NCBI GenBank assembly: GCA_047150005.1
Contig: AP038806.1
Location: forward strand, 3,168,001-3,232,000
Direction of reading: 5' to 3'
From: Nitrospira sp.
GTDB lineage: Bacteria > Nitrospirota > Nitrospiria > Nitrospirales > Nitrospiraceae
DNA: 64,000 nt
Both the position numbers and the translations under genes were made by a program. A model generated the notes under the pieces. That model ran no database searches, had not been told where the DNA came from, and worked only from the letters and a program-made list of their open reading frames with translations. Of this stretch, positions 38,634-47,600 are shown piece by piece (positions within the stretch are counted from its first letter, which is position 1; each line of letters starts with the position of its first letter).

Positions 38634-38798
38634 CGGCGAGACACCACTTTCCGCAGGGGGCTCCCTTGCGCCCGGATGTCCACGCCGTCGCGTGTGGGTC
38701 AATGGCTCGCCGTATCGTCAGCCGTTTCCTGAGGGCACCATCCGGGCTCACGCATCAGAGGACGTCGACGGCTCAGGGGAGATTGCTCACTCGTCACC

Positions 38799-40505
38799 AT
38801 GCTCGCCGAGTTGCGCATTAAGAATTTTGCGCTCATTGACGAGCTTCACCTCTCATTCCAACCGGGCTTTACCGTGCTCACGGGTGAAACCGGAGCCGGG
38901 AAGTCTCTGTTGATCGATGCCATCAGCCTGCTTGTCGGCGGCCGCGGTTTCTCCGAACAGATTCGCTCAGGAACGGAAGAGGCGCAACTGGAGGCTGCGT
39001 TCCACCTTTCTGATGCGCATCCGGTCCTGCAACGTCTCCGCACAGCCGGCGCGGTTGCAGCCGGCGATTCCGAGCTGATCTTGAAGCGGGTGCTGTCCCG
39101 AACGGGACGTCACCGCATCTATCTGAACGGCAGCCTCTGTCCTTTACGCACGCTGGAGGAGCTCGGCGGCACGTTGGTCGATATTCACGGCCAACATGAG
39201 CAACAATCTCTGTTGTCCGCAACAGCGCAAATGGAGGCCGTCGACGCATTCGGATCTCTTGAGGGGTTGCGGGAAGAGTACGAATCCGGTTACCGACAAT
39301 GGAAATCCCGACTTGCCGAATTGGAGTCGATCAGGCGTGCCGGGGCCGACCGGGGGCAGCGCGAAGATTTCCTCCGTTTTCAGCTTCAGGAGATCGATCA
39401 AGCAGGCTTGAATCCGGACGAGGACGCACACCTCCAGGCGGAGCGGCAGCGGCTGCTTCATGCCCATCGTCTGCGTGAACTGGCGGAGGGGGCTTATGGC
39501 GAGTTGCAGGGGGATGAACAGGGTGTTCTGACGCGGTTGGGACGGATGGGCCGGCTTCTTGTCGAGCTGAAACAGACGGATCAGACCATGGAGGATTGTC
39601 TCGAACCGGTGACGGGTGCCACGATTCAGCTCAAGGAGCTGGCCGGGCGGCTCCGACTGTATGCGGATCGCTTGGACGCGGACCCGGCACGGCAGAACGA
39701 GGTGGAAAGCCGGCTGGACCTGATCCAACGCCTCAAGAAAAAATACGGTGGGACGATCGAGGACATTCTTACCGCGGGCGACCGGGCTCGCACTGAACTT
39801 CGTGCGATCGAGGAATCGGACTCCCGAACAACAGAAGGGGCTGCGGCCGTTCAGGAAGCCTTCAAACGAGTCCAGGGACTGGCTCAACGGCTCTCCAAGA
39901 AGCGCAAGGAAGCCTCCAGGCGTCTGACGGAGTCGGTCAGAGCTGAATTGGCCGTTTTGAAGATGGAGCAGACAGCGTTCGAGGTGTCGGTTTCCAATGA
40001 GGGGGAAGGGCAAGAGTTCGGCCCTGCCGGCGCTGATCGTGTGGAATTCCTGCTAGCCAGTAACGCTGGGGAGCCTCCAAAGCCGCTTGCGCGCATTGCG
40101 TCGGGCGGCGAGCTCTCCAGAATCATGTTGGCGCTGAAAACGGTGCTGGCTGAGCGGGATCATGTTCCGGTCTTGGTATTTGACGAAATTGACACGGGCG
40201 TGGGCGGGGCTGCGGCTGCGACGATGGGTATGAGACTGCGAAAATTGGGATCGTATCATCAGGTGTTCTGCATCACCCATCTTGCCCAGGTTGCCTCCCA
40301 GGCGGAGCACCATTTCCTGGTCTCAAAGGGAACGGACAACCGGCGAACCTCGACGTGGGCGGCCTTGCTCGACGGGCAAGGGCGTGAAGACGAAATCGCC
40401 AGGATGCTCGGGGGGACGACCGTGACGAAAAAGATCCGTGAAACGGCGGCCGAATTGATTGCAGGGGCCGGTAACGGGCGCCGGGGAATGCCCCGTCAGG
40501 CGTGA
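38799..40505 (+). CDS. recN: DNA repair protein RecN
   Basis: TGETGAGKS, IHGQH, ASGGELSR, FDEIDTG, CITHL. Confidence 0.96.
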   Translation: MLAELRIKNFALIDELHLSFQPGFTVLTGETGAGKSLLIDAISLLVGGRGFSEQIRSGTEEAQLEAAFHLSDAHPVLQRLRTAGAVAAGDSELILKRVLSRTGRHRIYLNGSLCPLRTLEELGGTLVDIHGQHEQQSLLSATAQMEAVDAFGSLEGLREEYESGYRQWKSRLAELESIRRAGADRGQREDFLRFQLQEIDQAGLNPDEDAHLQAERQRLLHAHRLRELAEGAYGELQGDEQGVLTRLGRMGRLLVELKQTDQTMEDCLEPVTGATIQLKELAGRLRLYADRLDADPARQNEVESRLDLIQRLKKKYGGTIEDILTAGDRARTELRAIEESDSRTTEGAAAVQEAFKRVQGLAQRLSKKRKEASRRLTESVRAELAVLKMEQTAFEVSVSNEGEGQEFGPAGADRVEFLLASNAGEPPKPLARIASGGELSRIMLALKTVLAERDHVPVLVFDEIDTGVGGAAAATMGMRLRKLGSYHQVFCITHLAQVASQAEHHFLVSKGTDNRRTSTWAALLDGQGREDEIARMLGGTTVTKKIRETAAELIAGAGNGRRGMPRQA

Positions 40506-41662
40506 GGTGATCTCGAGGGATTGGTGGCGATCGCCATCGCCGGGAGGGAGGCTTTGCATTCCTGGACCACTCTGACGAACAGCGCGGTCAAGGTCGGGTC
40601 GAAATAATCGCCGGTGTGACCGGTGATGAAATCACAGGCTTCGTCCAGAGAAAGAGAACTCCGGTCCGGCAACTCGGCAGTCAGATGGTCGAAAGCCTGT
40701 GCCAGACACACGATCCGTGCGAGAAGCGGAATGCCCTCGCCCTGCAATCCGTGAGGATATCCGGTTCCGTCCCACCGTTCATGATGATAGCCGATAATCT
40801 GCCCCACTTCCGCCGGTAAGCCCAGCGGCGCGATCATTCTGACGCCGAGTTCCGTGTGGCGTTTGTGGTCCTGCGTCCCGCCGAGGCTTCGAATCGCGTC
40901 ATTGGCAAAATGACAGGGACCGGCGACGATTCTTCCGACGTCGTGAAGAAAGGCTCCAAGAGCCAGGGACTTTTGCTCCCCTTCGGTCAGGTCCATACGG
41001 TTGGCGAGGAGCGTGGCGTAGAAGCTGACCCGGCTGCAATGGTTGAGCAGCTCCCGTTCTTTGGCTTCCAGGAGGTCGGAGAGCAGGGGAAGCAGCGATC
41101 TGAACTCCGCGGCTTCGTCCGTGGCGGTTCCGTCCGGCTGAGGGCAGATCGCGGCATAGCCGGCCCGGATCTCGTTCCAGGTCGCGGCACAGGATGCTTC
41201 GGACTCCCAGATCGCTTCCGGGTAGTGCACGAAGCGGCGGAGATAGTCCAGGCGCTGTTTCTTGTGAAGCGTCTGGTTCACCAAGGTGACCAGCTCGGTC
41301 ACATTAAAGGGCTTCAGGAGGTAGCCGGCCGCGCCGTGACGGATCCCGTCCATGGCGGCTTTGAGGCTGCCATAGCCGGTGATAATGATGACTTCGATAT
41401 CGGCATGGTCATGCTTGATCTCTTGGAGCAGGTCGAGACCTTGGCGATCGGGCAGTTTCTGATCGAGGGTGATAAGGTCGATCCGCTGCGAGTTGAGGAC
41501 GTCGATCGCGGCGCGGGCTGATCCGGCCGCTTGGATATTGAAGAAGGGCCGCAGGATGACTTTGAGCGCATCCCGTGGTCCAGCTTCGTCGTCGACGACG
41601 AGTACCGTTGGCTTTGCCTGCGGGCTTTTCTCTGGAAGCGCAACGTGCATCGGTGGTCTCAT
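40496..41662 (-). CDS. Response regulator with HD-GYP domain
   Basis: REC (VVDDE, LD, KPF) plus LHDVG and HHERWDGTGYP. Confidence 0.9.
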   Translation of the reverse strand: MRPPMHVALPEKSPQAKPTVLVVDDEAGPRDALKVILRPFFNIQAAGSARAAIDVLNSQRIDLITLDQKLPDRQGLDLLQEIKHDHADIEVIIITGYGSLKAAMDGIRHGAAGYLLKPFNVTELVTLVNQTLHKKQRLDYLRRFVHYPEAIWESEASCAATWNEIRAGYAAICPQPDGTATDEAAEFRSLLPLLSDLLEAKERELLNHCSRVSFYATLLANRMDLTEGEQKSLALGAFLHDVGRIVAGPCHFANDAIRSLGGTQDHKRHTELGVRMIAPLGLPAEVGQIIGYHHERWDGTGYPHGLQGEGIPLLARIVCLAQAFDHLTAELPDRSSLSLDEACDFITGHTGDYFDPTLTALFVRVVQECKASLPAMAIATNPSRSPHA

Positions 41663-41686
41663 TTATGTGAGTTTGGAGTATCACTA

Positions 41687-41702
41687 AGCAATTCCCATTC
41701 CT
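41687..41702 (-). promoter_or_regulatory. Possible sigma54 (-24/-12) promoter for the HD-GYP regulator
   Basis: Minus strand AGGAATGGGAATTGCT has GG-N10-GC spacing, 24 nt before the ATG and downstream of a sigma54 activator gene. Confidence 0.35.
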
Positions 41703-41863
41703 TTTCAGCCATTTATGGCGCATACTTGAAGGACTCCGAGCACATGTGGTCGGGCAAAACCGAAACGCTATATATGGGTTCACAATCCGAACAGCACGCA
41801 GTCGATCAGGCGAGCAATTCTGCACGAATGCTGCAAAAACCACTCACTTTTGAAGGGAATGTG

Positions 41864-43291
41864 CTATTCCTGCACCGGAGGGTCCGTTTCACCGCCGCTC
41901 TCGCTGTCCGGCCTGCCGATTCCCAGCGTGTCCATTCGATATTTCAGCATGCGGCGGCTGATGCCCAGTTGGTTCGCCGCGTGAGTTTGGATGTAGTTGT
42001 TCTTTTTCAAGGCATCCAGAATGATCTCACGCTCGAACTCCATCACGGCCTTTTCAAGAGATAGACGCCCTGCCAGGGTATCGTCGCGTAACGACGAGGA
42101 GCGGCTGTCGTTGCGAACGATCGTCGGGAGGTGCTCCGGAGTGACGTTATCCGATCCTTTTGACCATATGAAGGCCTGCTCGATGATGTTCTCCATCTCC
42201 CTGACGTTGCCGGGCCACGGATAGCGTGTCAGGAGGTCGACGGCGTCCTTGGAGAACTCTTGGTGCGGTCGGTTATCCTCTTCGATGCGCTTCGATAGGA
42301 AATGTCTGGCAAGCAGCGGGACGTCTTCGCCTCGATCCCGCAACGGAGGAAGGTAGAGGGCGATGACGTTGATGCGGTAGTAGAGATCCTCCCGAAACTG
42401 TCCTTTCCTGACGAGCTCCTCGAGGTTCTTGTTGGTCGCCGCGACGATTCTGACGTCCACCTTGATGGCCTGGACACCACCGATACGAGTAAATTCCCGC
42501 TCCTGAAGGACGCGAAGCAACTTGGCTTGAGTCATGGCGCTCAAGTCGCCAATTTCATCCAGAAACAGCGTGCCGCTGTTGGCCAGCTCGAATTGGCCGA
42601 CTCGTCTGGCCGTGGCGTCCGTGAAGGACCCCTTTTCATGACCAAACAATTCGCTCTCGATCAGGGTTTCGGGGAGCGCGGCACAGTTCAGCGCGACGAA
42701 CGGACGATCTCGCCTCCCACTGTTGAAATGCAGCGCTTTGGCGACCAATTCTTTTCCGGTTCCGCTCTCGCCGGTGATGAGCACCGTCGTTCGGCTGTCG
42801 GCGACCTGCTCGATCTTGGTATAAATCTCCTGCATCGGACGGCTTTTCCCGATGAGGTTGTGAAACGCATATCGCTGCGTGACTTGCGCCCGGAGGGTCT
42901 GGACCTCCCGTTCGAGCTCCTTTGAATTGAGCGCGCGGTCCACCACGATGCGGAGTTCCTCCGCGTCGAACGGTTTAGACAGGTAATCCGCCGCTCCCAG
43001 CTTCATGGCGTCCACGGCCGTCTTCACCGATTTTGTGCCGGTCAGCATGATGATGGGGGCCGGACAGTCTTCCGACCGCAGCGACTGGAGTACCGACAGC
43101 CCGTCCGTACCGGGAAGAATCACGTCCAGAAGGATCAGATGGGGCGCTTCCTTGTGGTAGAGGTCAAGCCCTTCCTGAGCGTCGGCGGCCTGGATGACCT
43201 CATAGGTGGGTTCGAGGACGGCCTTCAAGGATGCGCGAACACGCGATTCGTCGTCGATCAAAAGGACTCGCTTTTTCACGCTGGCAATCAC
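41864..43291 (-). CDS. Sigma54-dependent response regulator (NtrC family)
   Basis: REC; GESGTGKE, ESELFGHEKGSFTDA, FLDEIG, FREDLYYR, WPGNVRE; Fis-type HTH. Confidence 0.95.
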   Translation of the reverse strand: MIASVKKRVLLIDDESRVRASLKAVLEPTYEVIQAADAQEGLDLYHKEAPHLILLDVILPGTDGLSVLQSLRSEDCPAPIIMLTGTKSVKTAVDAMKLGAADYLSKPFDAEELRIVVDRALNSKELEREVQTLRAQVTQRYAFHNLIGKSRPMQEIYTKIEQVADSRTTVLITGESGTGKELVAKALHFNSGRRDRPFVALNCAALPETLIESELFGHEKGSFTDATARRVGQFELANSGTLFLDEIGDLSAMTQAKLLRVLQEREFTRIGGVQAIKVDVRIVAATNKNLEELVRKGQFREDLYYRINVIALYLPPLRDRGEDVPLLARHFLSKRIEEDNRPHQEFSKDAVDLLTRYPWPGNVREMENIIEQAFIWSKGSDNVTPEHLPTIVRNDSRSSSLRDDTLAGRLSLEKAVMEFEREIILDALKKNNYIQTHAANQLGISRRMLKYRMDTLGIGRPDSESGGETDPPVQE

Positions 43292-43306
43292 TCCATCTCT
43301 AGCCGG

Positions 43307-44584
43307 TTATGACGAGAGGGCGGGCAGGTTCACGAGAAACGTCGTTCCTTGTCCCGGCACGCTGCGGACTTGGATCTCACCCCGATGCTCCTGAATGATC
43401 TGGTGCACGATCGTCAATCCAAGTCCGGTTCCTTCGTGTTCGCCGCTTTCGTGCTTGGTTGTGAAGAACGGATCGAAGATGTGTTCCAGATTGCCTTCCG
43501 GAATACCTTCTCCGGTATCCTCCGTTTCTACTTGCACCCAAACTCTTCCGCCGGGTCTGTTCAAGAGTTTCGTGCGGACGCGCAGGAAGCCGCCCTCTTC
43601 TCCCATGGCGTCCAGGGCGTTCAAGAACAGATTCAAGAAGACTTGCTTGACTTGTTGACGGTCCAGCATGACACGAGGCAGGTTCGACGCCAACTGTTTT
43701 TCGATCTTGATCCCTTTGGTGTCGGCCTTGACGTCGATGAAATAGAGACAGGACGACACAATGTCGTTGATGTCTTCTTCGGTCAGTTTGGGTTCCATAT
43801 ATCGTGCGTAGTCGAGGATCTCGTCGATGAGTCGTTCGATCCGGTACACGTCGTCGAGCACGATACGGCTAAAGTCCCGTATGAAGTCCGGGTCGTCCTT
43901 GCGCTCTGGAGCTAGTTGAATGAAGGTTTTGATGGAGGTCAACGGGTTGCGGATCTCGTGAGCGAATCCTCCGGCGATCGTCTCCAATGACTTGAGGCGG
44001 TCCGTTCGTTTCATGAGCAGGTGCGAGCGGTGCAGGTCTTCATAGAGCATCAGTCGGTCGACCGCATTCGTCGCCGTTTGTGCCAGGACGGCCAACAAGG
44101 CACGGACAGACGCCGCATCGTGACCGCGAGGCTGTGCCGAGTCCAACAAGGAAAACGCGATCAGTTGCCCGCGGCTGACATGTGGCAGCGCAAGCGCCAT
44201 GCCCATGGCCGCCAATGTCGGCTCGTCGGAAGATTCGAGGGCGAATAATCCACCGGAGGTGGGAGAATGATGCGGGCCCCCCTCCGCTTGCGGCGACGCC
44301 AGTCGATTCGGGACGGGATGGTCCAAGGCCATGGATTCGGGAAATCTGGTCGCAGACGATGAGCCCGTCGCAGCTGCCCGACGGTAATGTTCATGCTCCC
44401 GGTCGAGAAGGTAGAGAGCCCCTTGCGTTGCGCCACCCACTCGACAGAGTTCTTGGATGGCGCGCCCGCTCAAGGGGTTCAAATCGGTCATCGCGCCCAA
44501 GTCGATGGAAAATCGTGTCAGCTGATCGAGAAATTTAGTGGTCGGGGAACTGTCCGATGCAGGATTCGCAGGTCGTATCGACAT
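43307..44584 (-). CDS. GAF sensor histidine kinase
   Basis: AHEIRNPL, NLFLNA, DTGEG, FDPFFTTK, GTGLGL; no TM segments. Confidence 0.92.
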   Translation of the reverse strand: MSIRPANPASDSSPTTKFLDQLTRFSIDLGAMTDLNPLSGRAIQELCRVGGATQGALYLLDREHEHYRRAAATGSSSATRFPESMALDHPVPNRLASPQAEGGPHHSPTSGGLFALESSDEPTLAAMGMALALPHVSRGQLIAFSLLDSAQPRGHDAASVRALLAVLAQTATNAVDRLMLYEDLHRSHLLMKRTDRLKSLETIAGGFAHEIRNPLTSIKTFIQLAPERKDDPDFIRDFSRIVLDDVYRIERLIDEILDYARYMEPKLTEEDINDIVSSCLYFIDVKADTKGIKIEKQLASNLPRVMLDRQQVKQVFLNLFLNALDAMGEEGGFLRVRTKLLNRPGGRVWVQVETEDTGEGIPEGNLEHIFDPFFTTKHESGEHEGTGLGLTIVHQIIQEHRGEIQVRSVPGQGTTFLVNLPALSS

Positions 44585-44682
44585 GTCACCCGGGAGGCGG
44601 AGGTCCTACTTCAACGTCTGGCTGACTCTGCTGCGCTCAATCTAGCCCCTGTTCAAAGATGTACGGAGTATACACTGATGGG

Positions 44683-47600
44683 CTAGAACGAGCTAGAGGA
44701 AATCCGTTTTCCTACGATGGCAACCAGGGCTTGACCATTGAAGATGGAACTGATGCGAAACGGCTGGGCCCCGGACTGGCGCAGCAGGGAGGCCAGGGCG
44801 TTGTGGTCGAAAGTATGCAGGATACCATGACGTATGGCTTCGTGCAGACGCCCAAGGTAATGGAGGACGCCTTGAGGCTGTGCGCCGAACTCATCCTGGT
44901 TCGCCAGCCGGAGGTGTCGTCGGTAGAGGGTAGAAAGGTCCGTGTCAGGATGAAACGTCGTAAAGACGAGACGCCCTTGCGGATGGAGAACCCTGACCCA
45001 CTCGCGAACCGTGGCATGCGGCGAGTTAACGAAGGACAATGAAAGATTGCAGACCATACGGTGTACCGATTGCGAACGGAATGGGAGCGCCTGGGCCCAA
45101 TCCGCGCGCATCCACGCGCATTTCATCGCAGGAATCGATGTAAGCCCTCCGCCTGCTCCGCTGGCCAATTCCCGCTGCAGTGTGCCTGTGTGATGCCGCA
45201 CCTGCCGTACGTGGTCCGCATCGCGTCCCAATCCGATGAGGAGCGGAGCCTGTTCCGGCGACTGCCTCCTCTGCCTCGTCCAATAGGAGTGGTTGATGAG
45301 TATCGTCCGGGTCATGTCGCCCTGTCCGAGACCCGCATCCACGACGATCGTTTCCGGAGACAGCGGGGTGAGGAAGGCATGCAGATCGTCCAGGAGTTTC
45401 CGGTATTCATGAAGATTGGTCAGGTGAGGGAGTTGTTGCAGATGAGCCAATGCCAGTGCATCGCGGTTGATCTGGGATACGTTGCGATGCAGGCGAGTCT
45501 GTTCCAACTCCAAGCGTAGCTGGCGCGCAAGCACCTCCGGGGTCGCGAGACCGAGGTCGGTGGAGACCGGCTGCCATGGCAGCGCGATCGTGATGTGCTC
45601 GAGGATCTTCCGAAATGCCGCGGACTCCGTCTCATCGGCATGGAACCGGCCGGCGATGGAGGAAGGAATGCTGATGATCCTTGTCTGGCTGCTGAGGGCG
45701 CTGAGAAAGTCATGCGGCAGATCCGAGGGGGGAAGCGGGCTTGCTTCGTTCCGTGGACCGGTGACGATCGCGAGCGAGGAATGCAGGAGCCGGATGTCCT
45801 CAAGGGTGGAGCCAAGGTCCGTCATGCGGCCTGCAATGGCGTCGGCCGCGAATTGGTCGAGATTGACGTTGAGGCCCACTAGATTTGTGGTCCCGCGCCG
45901 CAAGCCATAGCGATAATCCCCGATCAGATCGTGTCCGTGGACGGCCATCAGGGCGGCTCCGACGTCGATGACGGGATTCAGGAGCATCAGTAAGTCGAGC
46001 GGATGCGTCTGAACCGTCATCTTCAACGCCGCTCGAGCGCTCAGATCACTGGCTAAGACCACGACGCGGGCAGATGGCCACGTGTGGTGGACGAACTCGA
46101 CGACCTTGGCGAGATCCGCCTGCATACCGCGTAGTGTCGTGTTCTGCGGCTCCCCGTCGCTCAGACCGAGGTGATTGGCATGGTCATAGCGCAGCACGCG
46201 CAGTCCCCGGCTTAGCAGAAAATACGACAGACCGGCATAGTCGCGCGACGTTTGACCGTAGCCTGGTGCGATGATCAGCACCGGAGTGTCCGGCGCCATC
46301 GGCCGTCCGAGGTGATCGTCGATGATAACGATGGTCTGACCCCGGGCAGTTCGGCATTCCCGTTGAATGCTGACGATCGATGTCTCGCCATGAGTTTTTG
46401 TGAGGGGGGGCGCCGAAAGGTGCTGCCGAACGAGGCGAGCCAATTCGCGCTCGGCATAGGGAGTCAGCGACAAGAAGCCGACCCCGACGCGCGTGGCTGG
46501 GACGATGTGGCCCGGTCGAAACTCGCTCGAAGAGGCGGCATCCGGAGCCGACCAGACGATCCTGACCGGCAACGAAAAGTCCGGCGTACCGGGTTCGTGA
46601 AGGCCTGAATGGCTCGAGATTTTCCCCGAGGCGAAGCGGAGGAGCATAGAGTCCCGGAGACGGTCGGGACTGGCGTTGACGACGAGGTACGCTCCCTGGC
46701 GGCTGATGTCCACTACTCGGGCGATCAACCGGTCCTGCGCGGCCGTGTCCGTGTCCAGTCGAGCCGGGAGGGCCAACGGTACCCGTACGGTTTCCCGTCG
46801 GTCGTCGCCATAAGGTGCCGAAGGTGGACGATCTCCCACGGTCGACGTCAGTTGGACATCGAGGGAAAAGCTCAGCGACTGTTCTCGGGCGGCCTCGATG
46901 AAGGATGCCAGAACAGAAGATTCCGAATCACTGGGCGCGTCGAAGATCAGAATCAGACGAACGGGCGGTATTCCTTGCGACCTCGCCGTATCGCTGGTCT
47001 GGCGCGGGATGGCCGAGGCGGCCAGCTCCAACGTCCCGACCGAGGTCCGCAGCACGACTGGAACGGCCTGCTGATCGAAGGTCGGGAAGTCTGAGGCCAG
47101 GGTGACACAGGCGCCTCCCTGACTTAGGTTGACGAGAGTGCCGTGCCAGACCGCCGACCCGATGGTCACGCGAGACGGCAACGCGGTGGCGACACGCGGA
47201 GCGGCCCTGCGATCTTTCTCGTCGCGATGGTGCGGGAGGGGCAATGGGCGGTCCTCCTCGACTCGTAGGCGCGTGATGGGGACGGATTCGATGGCCTCGG
47301 CCGCCGGCGTTCCGGCGATGACGGGAAGTCGCAGGACGACGCGAAGCGGCCCGATCGCGGGGAGAGAGAAGTCCAACCTGGCGCTCAGTGAAGAAACCAG
47401 GCCGTAGAGAACCGGCCAGTCCACGATATCCGGTGTGTCCGGCTGGGATGCTCTGTCTAATTGTTCGGTCGGTGAGGTTTCCGACTCAAGACATTCGATC
47501 TCGATTTCGCTCGGAGGGGGTAGGGGGAACAGCACAGGACCGGCTCCTTCTGACGTTCGACCGACCGTGCCTGTCCGAATACTCAGGGTGCGACTCCGCC

